A program made the position numbers and the translations under genes. A DNA stretch of 64,000 nucleotides from Eledone cirrhosa (taxonomy: Eukaryota), in NCBI GenBank assembly GCA_964016885.1, contig OZ024741.1:296670001-296734000 (forward strand), given 5' to 3'. Position 1 is the stretch's first letter. Each line of letters starts with the position of its first letter. This document shows positions 31,795 through 43,620 of the stretch, piece by piece. Below the pieces are notes generated by a model. It was not told the origin of the DNA. It searched no databases and saw only the letters and a list, made by a program, of their open reading frames with translations.

Positions 31795-34030
31795 CACCAT
31801 CATCATCATCATTATCACCGTTTTACGTCCGTTCTTCCATGCTAGCATGGGTTAGATGGGTTGTCCTGTTGTGGGCAGTGTCTGGTCGACTGACCATGCC
31901 TTGCTCATACAGGAACTGATTTTGGCTTGGTTTCTACAGCTGGATGCCCTTCCTAACACCAACCTCATTTACAGTGAGTGCTGGGTGCTTTTTTCCGTGG
32001 TGCCTACACGTCCACTTTACAGTGTGGGCTGGGTGCTTTTTTGCCGTGGCACCTCCACGACCACTTTGCATGGGAGGGTGTGGGGCATATTGTCTATATG
32101 CTTCAATGAAGCATAGAGACAATATGCCCCATATTGTACCCATGGGAGGTCGGGTACTCTGTATTACTGCGTGACGCCAGAGGTCACGGTCATGTGTCAT
32201 CGCCTTTGAGAGGTGCAACTGGGTAAGGTCGGCCCCTATCACCTCATCCCAGGTCTTCTTGGGTCTCCCCACCCCGCGGCTTCCATTGACTTCTAGTGCT
32301 CTGCACCTTTTTATGCAACTGTCATCCTTCATACGCATCACATGTCCATACCAACGCATCCGCCTCTCCTGCACACAGCATTTGATTCCTCTGATTCTCA
32401 GTCTCTCTCTCAATTCATTTATGCTTTGCCGTTCACGTATATTACTATTACACATCCATCGGAGCATGCAGGCTTCGTTTCTTTCTAATCTACGTAAGTC
32501 TTCCACCTTCAGCGCCCAGGTCTCACTACCATGTAACATGTTCGGATACACGCATCATACAGTCTGCCTTTCATTTTGAGGGAGAAGCCTTTTGCAGCTA
32601 GCAGTGGTAGTAGTTCCCTAAACTTCTTCCATCCCGTTCTTACTCTAGTTATTGTACTTTCTGAACACCCACCTCCGCTGCTAATTCAGTCACCTAGGTA
32701 GCAGAAGCTGTCTACTGTTTATACGGAGCCCTCCCAGAGATTGGTGGTACTTGTTTCCTGTGGCTGTTTGCTGCTTGCTGTCCCAGCACAGCTGCTACAT
32801 GTGAAGCCTACATTCTTAATTAAGCTTCCTGAGATCCCGCTACATCTCTTGTGTACCCATTGTTTGCATTTGGGGCAGAGAATGGAGTTCCTACCTACAC
32901 CTTTCCTACATACTGAGCAAGGCCATTTCCCTGAGGGGATCTGGGTTCTGTTTTCTCATCTACTTACAAGGACCTTAGTCTTTGTCATGTTGACTTTGAG
33001 ACCCTTTCTTTCTAGTTCCTGCTTCCAAGTTTGGAATTTCTTCTCTAGTTCTACCATAGATTCAGCTATAAGTGCGAGGTCATCTGCATACAGGAGTTCC
33101 CAAGGGCATCCGGTCTTAAACTCCTCCGTTATTGCCTGCAGGACTATGATGAACAGGAGAGGGCTAAGAACAGAGCCCTGGTGGACACCAACCTGTACGC
33201 TAAATTCCTCGCTATACTCATTGCTAATCCTAACTTTGCTGACGGCTCCCCTATACATGGCTTGTACAGCTTTCACAAGCCATTCATCTACTCCTAGTTT
33301 TCTAAGAGCCCACCAGATTATAGCACGTGGAACTTAGTCAAAGGCTTTCTCGAGATCGACGAATGCCAGGTAGAGTGGCTTACTTTTAGCTAGGTACTTT
33401 TCCTGTAACTGCCTCACAAGGAAGAGGGCATCAGTGGTGCCTCTTCCTGGTACAGACCCAAATTGCATCTCATCTAGTTTCACCCGGTCCCTAATCAACT
33501 GTGCTATAACTCTTTCTGTTACTTTCATGACCTGGTCCATCAGCTTTATACCTCTATAGTTTCCTCTGTCTAGTGCATCACCTTTACCTTTGTAGCAGTT
33601 GACAATGATGCTACTGCACCAATATTTTGGTATGACACCTTCTAGTATTACCTGGTTAACAATACGTGTGGTTATAGTGTGACCTACAGACCCAGATGCT
33701 TTCAGCATCTCGGTAGCTATACCCGATGGACCGGTTGCCTTCCCCATCTTCATATCTTTGATTGCCTTACTTACTACGCTGCTGCTGACTTGTACTGCTG
33801 GCCCCTCTATAGGGTCTACTTGGGGTAGGGTCTCTTCTTCCCATGCATTCTCCTCATTTAGTAATCTTTCATAATGACTCTTCCATGCATCTTTCTTTTC
33901 AGCACTTGTGAGGGCAAGCTCACCTTTATCATTCCGGATACACTTCTCTCCAATGACATCACAATTCTCTCTGACACACTGCCTTGCAATCTTGAACACC
34001 TCCTGTTTCTGGTCCTCACGTTGCAAAACA
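31795..34030 (-). mobile_element. RTE (BovB-like) LINE, 5'-truncated, with stops and frameshifts
   Basis: NYRGIKLMD, FVDLEKAFD, GVHQGSVLSPLLF, LYADDLAL, MLHGSETW, RWYGHVMR, GRPKKTW. (GAT)n 3' tail. Confidence 0.9.
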
Positions 34031-34036
34031 TGCTTG

Positions 34037-34108
<72 letters not shown>

Positions 34109-34112
34109 GTTT

Positions 34113-34153
<41 letters not shown>

Positions 34154-34588
34154 TATGTGTTTTGCAACGGGTCACTTTGTGGCTCAATGAAGAGTTAATA
34201 AATTAAATAATCAGAGCTATATATCATAAAACATGTCTATAGAATCACCATGGTAGAGTTAACTAAATATGTTCACTTTTCTCCTAGTTTATTTTACACC
34301 TAATTCTGTTTAATTGACTGTATATTTGGGCGATTCATACAAGCTGTCGAAATACTCGATAAATACTCCATCGCAACCGCCGCGAAGGGCTGCTTTCGGT
34401 TATTTGTCGGAGATTTCTTCATAGAAGTCTTTATTCTTATAGCTTGGTCTCATCGATTTTTTTTATATGGTTAATTATGCTAATTGGGAGAGGAAATGGT
34501 ATATATTTTATCTAGTGATTCTATAGATATGTTTTATGATATATATATATATAATGTCTATGTATATTTATATGTGTATGTATGTATA

Positions 34589-34638
<50 letters not shown>

Positions 34639-35749
34639 CACACACACACACACATAATACAATGCCAACTATTGAGCTATTTTGCTAATTACTGGTTGGT
34701 TATGTCGTTCATTGGTGGATATAATAACACAAATTGTCTATTTAAATAGAAACCTATTATATGTCCTATCATCTGTGTATCATAATAGTAGCTGTTATTA
34801 GTGTTATTATAATCAGTCTAATTTCTATTGCTCCTGTCATTGCATTACCAAGCATGGTTCTAGGTATTTCTTTATTCCCTGAGAGGTTAAAAAAAAGAAC
34901 AACGAAATATCAGACTTTGAAAATGTCCTTATGTGAATATAATCAGTAAACCTTTAAAGACCATGCCTCAGCATGGTTGCAGTCTTGCAATTTACTCGAT
35001 ATGTAAGTGTAGACCCGTAACTTCTGAAGGTGTTGTAAGGGTGCGATGTTGATATATGCCATTTCTAGGGCATTTTTAAACCTGGCAGAGTCCATCTCCT
35101 CTCCTGGTTTGCATACAGCAGATTTCTTCCAGAGAAGGATAAAGAGTGAGAGAATGGAAGTGAGAAAGAGATACAGAGGAAGAATCAACTCCAGTACTTG
35201 ACTGGTACTTTTTTTATTGACCTTAAACAGATGAAAGGCAATGTTGACATTGGCAAAATTTGAGAGTAGTGTGTCAGAATAAATACTGCAAAGCATTCTA
35301 TCCGACATTCTACCAACTCTGCCAATTTACCACCTTTTGAAAGTTTAGACATAGACAAACACACAAAAGGCTTCCACAGAGAGACCAATCTACCACATAT
35401 CACTCACAAGGCTGCGGTCAACCCGGTGCTATAGCTAAAGACCATGTGTGCCATGCAGAGGGAATGAACCTGGGACCACATGCTTTAGAAGTGAACTTTT
35501 AAACCACATAACTACAACTGCTCCTTATATACTCAATATACTTTAGCTTAATATCAAGAAATGTGAATTCAAATGAAACCTTTAATGATAGTATTTTATA
35601 TTCTAAAGTTAATTTTTTCAACATGATAGTATTTTTTTAAAATGTTTTATTCAAAAAGACACTTCATATAATTTTATATAATTTTATTAAATTTTTTAAA
35701 TGTGGCTCATTTACAAGCATTCCAATTATGGCCAACATGTATATATCTT

Positions 35750-37540
35750 TTTACAAACTGAGGATGTTGAGACAGAGTGGAGATTGTTCAGCTCAGCAGT
35801 TTCTGCTTCAGCTGCTAAATGCTGCAGGCAAAAGAGAACTGCTGTGGCGCCAGCTGGTAGGAGGCCTCGTGGTTCAATGAAGAGGTTAAAGATGCCATTC
35901 AAGCAAAGAAGGAGGCCTACATAGCTTGTCTTGGAAATAAGTCCTTCTTCTGGCACTTGCGGTACAAGAGGGCATAAAGAATCACAGCAGAGACAGTAAA
36001 GGCTTCCACAGTTAAGAAATGGCAGGACTTTGGGGTTAAGCTGGAATCCGACTTCAGATCAGCAAATAGTCTTCTGGCAGATCATCTGCCGACTTCATAA
36101 TATGAAGTCACAAGAGCAGATAAAGTGAGATGTTAAACGCCTTAAATAGAGAAGGTATTCTCTAGCTGACTTGTGCCAAGTGGCCTGGATCTCTGGAAAG
36201 GCATCTAAGAAATGGCAATTGGGAGTGATAATCCCAATTTTCAAAAAGGGAGAAGAGAGATTATTCCATTACAAAGGAAACTCCTTGTAAAGCATCCTCA
36301 CTAAAGTCTTTGCTAAGTGTCTAGTAAAGAGATGCATGGAGATTGTCGAGTCCAAGCTAGCTGATGAACAGTGCAGATTTCGCCCTGGACGCAGCACAGC
36401 TGACCAAATATTCACACTGCCACAGGTTTTCGAGAAATTGTAGGAGTATTGCCAAGAGGCATATTCTTGTTTTGTCAACATTGAAAAAGCATATGACCGC
36501 ATTCCTTGGGACCTGTTGTGGAAGATTCTGCAGGATGGTCAGCTTCTTGTTGCCCTGATGTCCGAGTATGTGTGTTTGGATAAATGGGGCTAACTCAAAA
36601 CCACTCAATGTGGGATTCAGACTCCGCCAAGGGTGTGTACTGTCACCTCTCCTTTTTATTATTTTAATAAACAGGATTGGCATGCGCAGCTGGGTTGGAA
36701 GTGATATCACGACTGGTGGGTGTGAAATCAGTCAGCTGGAATTTGCAGGCGAAATGAGGGTTACTTAACTCGGACATCAGGACAGCAAGAAGCTAACCAT
36801 CCAGCAGAACCTTCCACAACAGGTCCCAAGGAACGCGGTCATATGCTTTTTCAATGTCAGCAAAACAAGAATATACCTCTTGACAATACTCCCACGATTT
36901 CTCAAAGGTGATCTCCAACTTGCACTTGATAGGTTTGATGCCGAGTGCTGTAATGAAAAGCAGTGCTGTGAAAGCTGAGACATTCATCTTCTCAAGGAAG
37001 CCTACACTGCACTCTTACATGTGACTGGAGCTCCACTGAAGCAGGTAGAGAGGATCAACTATCTCCTTCGGTAATAATAAGAAGGGAGGTAGGTGTAAAA
37101 GCCAAACTCGCTATCTTACCTATGGTCATGAATCTTGGGTAATGACTGAAAGAATACGATCGCAAATACAATCGGTCGAAATGGGGTTCTTCCGGAGGGT
37201 CTTTGGAGTAACATTATTTAATAGAGTGATTATCTCGGAGATCAGAGAGTCATTCCAGGTAGAGCCACTACTCCGAATTGAGCGATCACAGCTCTGATAC
37301 TATGGTTAAAATGTCTCAGGAAAGAATCGCTGGACAGATTTTACGAGCAAAACTAACTGACAGGAGACCCAGGGGTAGACCCCCGAGCAGATGGTTGGAT
37401 AACATATCCATGAGCTTGGCTAGTCTCACTTGGGGATCCAGCTGGATCTGTTGGAGATGGTTGACAGGACCTGCTGGAAGGAGTGTTTGAGGACTCTGCT
37501 CACATGACCTTTTCTGGAATAAGTGGGGGAAGCAGAAGAA
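35750..37540 (+). mobile_element. Decayed RTE-clade LINE (second family)
   Basis: EVKDAIQAKKEAY, IIPIFKKG, EQCRFRPGRSTADQIFTL, LRQGCVLSPLLF, YGHESW, RPRGRP. Confidence 0.8.
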
Positions 37541-37682
37541 GGATTTAGTTTTCTTTCTTTTTGACTGTTGACTCCATTCTTTCATCTTTCTACACTTGGT
37601 GTTTCTTTCATCACTCATGTAATATAATTTGTCTTTTGATTTCATTATATTTCAAGTAATATATCCACTTGATTTCACAAGC
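37500..37682 (-). other. Probable terminal exon 7 (3'UTR or remnant coding)
   Basis: Acceptor tttatttatttttag at 37683-84 after a 133-nt intron. The 3' end is not defined. Confidence 0.5.
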
Positions 37683-37817
37683 CTAAAAATAAATAAACCA
37701 AGACAAAATTGATATGAAACATACATGAATATATAATATATTGATGAAGAGATTAAATAGAAACCTATAATTGATAAGTATTTAAAAATGTAAAAATAAT
37801 GAAATTGTAACTTACCT

Positions 37818-37984
37818 TTATATAATGAAACAATTCATTCCAATTATGCCATCTTTAGAGAAAACAAAGATTTCTGCAATTGGAACAAGATCTAATCCTT
37901 TCTCTAAAAAGATGGTGGAGTGGATAAGAAGAATAGTCTCTGGTGGACGGGGTAATTCCTCAATATCTTCACAATCATTGTTAT
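37818..37984 (-). CDS. Coding exon 6: (N)NNDCEDIEELPRPPETILL...GMNCFII*
   Basis: Acceptor ttttacacaatag. TAA at 37820-37818 is followed 2 nt later by an AG|GTAAGT donor (exon ends 37816). Confidence 0.65.
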
Positions 37985-38666
37985 CTATTGTGTAAAACAA
38001 AATACAACATAGAATTTGATGCAAATAAGACACACACACACTGTGGAAAGTTTATGGTGAGAAAAGTATGAATGTTTAAAGGTTTATTCAAATTATATTA
38101 AGTGATGACTATATCCACAATGTTCAGTCACAACAATCTTACATTCAGTGAAATGTATAATGGTTTATAAACAGAACCAATCGCTGCTGCCAAGAATTGA
38201 CCAACAATTTGTGTATAATAACGTTATACTAGGTTAATATGTTGATAATAGGATTATAATAGGTTAATATGCTAAATAATAAGGTTATAATAGATTAATA
38301 TGTTAATAATAAGGTTATAATAGGTTAAAGGTTAATAAGTTAATAATAAGGTTATAATAGGTTAACAAGTTAAATAATGTTTCTACTATTGGCACAAGGC
38401 CAGCAGTTACCCCAATGCATTACTGGTGCTTTTATTTTATTGAAGCCGTAAGGATGAAAGACAAAGCTAACCTCAGCGGGATTTGAACTCAGAACATAAA
38501 GGGCCATGACTCTATACTGCAAAGTATATTGTCTGATGCTCTACTGATACTGCCAAACCGCCGCCCTAAGTTAAATAATAACTTTATAATAGGTTAATAT
38601 GTTGATAACGTTATAATAGGTTAATATGTTAATTGAAAACTAGAAAAGTAGTTTATTCTAACTTAC

Positions 38667-38735
38667 TCTCTATATCGGGAATCGGAATATTCTCTGAATC
38701 TGATTCAAGTTCCTCCTCTCTACCTAATTCATAGA
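38667..38735 (-). CDS. Coding exon 5 (69 nt, phase 1-1): (F)YELGREEELESDSENIPIPDIE
   Basis: Acceptor tttactttgtcctag, donor GTAAGT, open frame. Confidence 0.75.
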
Positions 38736-38827
38736 CTAGGACAAAGTAAAAACAAACAACATATAATTATAGCAAACCCACAAATATATATAGCATGGAT
38801 TTATAGGGTTAAATAATCTCACTGTCT

Positions 38828-38917
<90 letters not shown>

Positions 38918-38924
38918 GGCACAT

Positions 38925-39250
38925 GGCTTAGTGGTTAGATCATTGGCCTTGCAATCAAAAGGTTGTGAGTTCAATTCTCAGACCGGGTGATATGTTGTTT
39001 CCTGGAGCAAGACACTTTATTTCACATTGCTCCAGTTTACTCAGCTTTAGAAATGAGATGATAGGACTGGGTTTCCTATCATTCCACTGCAAAGTGGACG
39101 TGTAGGCGCCACGGAAAAAAAGCACCCAGCACTCACTGTAAATGAGGTTGGTGTTAGGAAGGGAATCCAGCTGTAGAAATCAAGCCAGAGTCAGTTCCTG
39201 TCCCACCCTTGCAAGCAGGGAAAAGCGGACGTAAAATGATGATGATGATA
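38925..39250 (+). mobile_element. Second tRNA-derived SINE with an RTE-derived 3' tail
   Basis: Head tggcttagtggttag...gagttcaattc. The tail matches RTE ends at 31900-32010 and 49845-49890. Related copies near 27060-27335, 28215-28355, 52900-53160 and 60350-60640. Confidence 0.75.
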
Positions 39251-39743
39251 TATATATAGCCTGGAAATATATAGATATACTAGAGTTAAATAACCTCACT
39301 GTCTTGTGAGAGACAATGATAGGAAGTAAAACTTATAATATACTTGTGTTGTGTTGTTTGACTCAACACTTTTCCAGACCTTCTGAAACCAAACTGGTAC
39401 TAAACATACTGTTCTGTAATATTTTGGACTATACCAGTGAGGGTGAGAAGAGGATTGTGGTGATGTCAGGGAAAGCTTGGATCTTAATACACCCAACACA
39501 GACTTGCTCCCTGGAGATATCACCAGTGTTCCTAGGGGATGGGAGGTAAGAGTGACAGGTGATGACAGCAAATATATTGTGTTACAGCTTGTCACTGTGG
39601 AGGGGGAGGGATCCTGTGTTCCAGATTGGTGTTACAGCTTGTCACTGTGGAGGGGGAGGGATCATGTGTTCCAGATTGGTGTTACAGCTTGTCTCTGTGG
39701 ATGGGAGGGATCATCTGGACCAAATAATAATAATAATACTCAC

Positions 39744-39785
39744 AAGTTGATGAATCTGGTTCAGGTGTCTCTACAGGAGTTAGAA
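39744..39785 (-). CDS. Coding exon 4 (42 nt, phase 1-1): (V)LTPVETPEPDSST; paralog of exon 2
   Basis: Acceptor tttgtttttag, donor GTGAGT, open frame, flanks homologous to those of exon 2. Confidence 0.75.
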
Positions 39786-39837
39786 CTAAAAACAAAAAAA
39801 GACAAAAAGTATCATTTCTACATCTCTCTTTCTGTCT

Positions 39838-42100
39838 AGTTATTTCTTCTTGTTTTGTGTCTGTGTGTTATTTCTTCTTGAGAGTGTGTGTGTTATTTCT
39901 TCTTGAGTGTGTGTGTGTTATTTCTTCTTGAGTGTGTGTGTGTTATTTCTTCTTGAGGGTGTGTGTGTTATTTCTTCTTGAGGGTGTGTGTGTTATTTCT
40001 TCTTGAGTGTGTGTGTGTTATTTCTTCTTGAGAGTGTGTGTGTTATTTCTTCTTGAGTGTGTGTGTGTTATTTCTTCTTGAGTGTGTGTGTGTTATTTCT
40101 TCTTGAGGGTGTGTGTGTTATTTCTTCTTGAGGGTGTGTGTGTTATTTCTTCTTGAGTGTGTGTGTGTTATTTCTTCTTGAGTGTGTGTGTGTTATTTCT
40201 TCTTGAGTGTGTGTGTGTTATTTCTTCTTGAGTGTGTGTGTGTTATTTCTTCTTGAGGGTGTGTGTGTTATTTCTTCTTGAGGGTGTGTGTGTTATTTCT
40301 TCTTGTTTTGTGTCTGTGTGTTATTTCTTCTTGAGAGTGTGTGTGTTATTTCTTCTTGAGTGTGTGTGTGTTATTTCTTCTTGAGTGTGTGTGTGTTATT
40401 TCTTCTTGAGTGTGTGTGTGTTATTTCTTCTTGAGGGTGTGTGTGTTATTTTTTCTTGAGGGTGTGTGTGTTATTTCTTCTTGAGTGTGTGTGTGTTATT
40501 TCTTCTTGAGTGTGTGTGTGTTATTTCTTCTTGAGTGTGTGTGTGTTATTTCTTCTTGAGTGTGTGTGTGTTATTTCTTCTTGAGGGTGTGTGTGTTATT
40601 TCTTCTTGAGGGTGTGTGTGTTATTTCTTCTTGTTTTGTGTCTGTGTGTTATTTCTTCTTGAGAGTGTGTGTGTTATTTCTTCTTGAGTGTGTGTGTGTT
40701 ATTTCTTCTTGAGTGTGTGTGTGTTATTTCTTCTTGAGTGTGTGTGTGTTATTTCTTCTTGAGGGTGTGTGTGTTATTTCTTCTTGAGTCAGTGTGTTAT
40801 TTCTTCTTGAGTGTGTGTGTGTTATTTCTTCTTGAGGGTGTGTGTGTTATTTCTTCTTGAGTGTGTGTGTGTTATTTCTTCTTGAGTGTGTGTGTGTTAT
40901 TTCTTCTTGAGTGTGTGTGTGTTATTTCTTCTTGAGTGTGTGTGTGTTATTTCTTCTTGAGGGTGTGTGTGTTATTTCTTCTTGAGGGTGTGTGTGTTAT
41001 TTCTTCTTGAGTGTGTGTGTGTTATTTCTTCTTGAGGGTGTGTGTGTTATTTCTTCTTGAGTGTGTGTTTGTTATTTCTTCTTGAGGGTGTGTGTGTTAT
41101 TTCTTCTTGAGTGTGTGTGTGTTATTTCTTCTTGAGGGTGTGTGTGTTATTTCTTCTTGAGTGTGTGTGTGTTATTTCTTCTTGAGTGTGTGTGTGTTAT
41201 TTCTTCTTGAGGGTGTGTGTGTTATTTCTTCTTGAGGGTGTGTGTGTTATTTCTTCTTGAGTGTGTGTGTGTTATTTCTTCTTGAGTGTGTGTGTGTTAT
41301 TTCTTCTTGAGGGTGTGTGTGTTATTTCTTCTTGAGGGTGTGTGTGTTATTTCTTCTTGAGGGTGTGTGTGTTATTTCTTCTTGAGTGTGTGTGTGTTAT
41401 TTCTTCTTGAGTGTGTGTGTGTTATTTCTTCTTGAGGGTGTGTGTGTTATTTCTTCTTGAGTGTGTGTGTGTTATTTCTTCTTGAGTGTGTGTGTGTTAT
41501 TTCTTCTTGAGGGTGTGTGTGTTATTTCTTCTTGAGTGTGTGTGTGTTATTTCTTCTTGAGGGTGTGTGTGTTATTTCTTCTTGAGTGTGTGTGTGTTAT
41601 TTCTTCTTGAGGGTGTGTGTGTTATTTCTTCTTGAGGGTGTGTGTGTTATTTCTTCTTGAGGGTGTGTGTGTTATTTCTTCTTGAGGGTGTGTGTGTTAT
41701 TTCTTCTTGAGTGTGTGTGTGTTATTTCTTCTTGAGTGTGTGTGTGTTATTTCTTCTTGAGTGTGTGTGTGTTATTTCTTCTTGAGTGTGTGTGTGTTAT
41801 TTCTTCTTGAGTGTGTGTGTGTTATTTCTTCTTGAGGGTGTGTGTGTTATTTCTTCTTGAGTGTGTGTGTGTTATTTCTTCTTGAGTGTGTGTGTTATTT
41901 CTTCTTGAGTGTGTGTGTGTTATTTCTTCTTGAGTGTGTGTGTGTTATTTCTTCTTGAGTGTGTGTGTGTTATTTCTTCTTGAGTGTGTGTGTGTTATTT
42001 CTTCTTGAGTGTGTGTGTGTTATTTCTTCTTGAGTGTGTGTGTGTTATTTCTTCTTGAGTGTGTGTGTGTTATTTCTTCTTGAGTGTGTGTGTGTTATTT
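39838..42100. repeat. 25-bp intronic minisatellite, about 90 copies
   Basis: Unit tcttgag(t/g)gtgtgtgtgttatttct. A 28-bp variant recurs near 39848, 40300 and 40628. Confidence 0.97.
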
Positions 42101-42561
42101 TGTCCAATGTCGATTGTTTTCATCACTCCATGGTTTCTATTGATACACTGGTGGGGAATAGTCTGTCTTATAAGGCATCTGAAACTATAATAATCCCCAG
42201 AAAGACAGCTGATGAGCGGGAATTATCCATGTTCTTGTCTCTTCCATGTTTTCTGTTTCCTATATTATGTGTGTATGTGTGTGCGTGTGTGTGTGTGCGC
42301 GTGTGCGTGCGCGAACGTGTGTGCACATACAGTTTCTAATAGGTACACCTTATCCTTTCATATAAGAAGCAACAAAAAAGGTTGGTGCCAAAAAGGGCAT
42401 CTAGTAATATCACTTTCTCTAAAAAAGGACCCCATGGCTATATAACTTGTATAGCAGAGGAAATGGCCTTAAAGTGTTTATTGTATATAAAACAAGATAA
42501 TATGTAACAATATCGTTAGTTAATGTATTAAATAAAAACTGGAAAGTGTATTATAACTTAC

Positions 42562-42612
42562 CATTTTTAACTGGTCTCTGCCTGAGACCTACTGAGACCA
42601 AATTGACTGTGT
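42562..42612 (-). CDS. Coding exon 3 (51 nt, phase 1-1): (Y)TVNLVSVGLRQRPVKN
   Basis: Acceptor tttgtttttgttttcag, donor GTAAGT, open frame. Confidence 0.75.
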
Positions 42613-42907
42613 CTGAAAACAAAAACAAAATGTATTATAGTAAACACATGTGTTTGTGTCTCCACTGTGACGATGACACAACAGTTCACACTGTAAGGTG
42701 GCCATGTAGGAGACACGGTGAAAAGGCTCCCAGTCCACACTGTAAATGTGGTTGGTGTTAGGAAAGCCATCCAGCTGTAAAAAAAACCTACCAGAGACGC
42801 TTCCATGAGAGCGAGACACGGTCTCCCGCCCATTCCCGCATCCAATGGAACAAAACTGTCTAGCCCATGCCAGCATGGAAGATGGACGTTAAACGGTGAT
42901 GATGATG

Positions 42908-42972
<65 letters not shown>

Positions 42973-43620
42973 GTGTGTGTGTGTGTGTATAATATACAAA
43001 TAGGAGTACGTAGTGGTGTACCAAAATTAGAAAGATGTGATTTGAAGGAGAAGTAGCTGCTTTATCTCTTAGGCTTAACTTCCATGCAAATATCTCCTTT
43101 ATTCTCTTATACATACAAATGTACATACATAACACACAATGATTTGAGGGAGATTTAGCTGTTATTTCTAGCATTATATAGGGTATGATGACCCCTGCCT
43201 GACACATGTAGAGAGATTAGTTGACCCTGATTGACAGTTTCTGATATAGACCTGTCCATGGTTATAGACCTCCACCTCATGCCATGGTGGTGGTAGTTGT
43301 CATTGTCATCATTTGTGTGAGGGAAAAAGGAGAGGAAGTAAAACTTATAATAAATCTAGTGTGGAGCCCTTGAGGTGTTGTGCTGTTTGACTCAAAACCT
43401 TTCCAGCACCTTCTGAAACCAATCTGGTACTAAACATACTACTCTTCTGTAATCATTTGAACTACACCAGTGAGGGTGAGAAGAAGATTGTGGTGTCTGG
43501 GAAACCTAGGATCTTAATATACTCAAACCCAGGCTTGCTCCTTGGAGATGTCACTTCAGTGTTACTAGGGAAATGTGTCAACATCATGGGAGGTAGCAGT
43601 GACAGGTGATAACAACAAAT

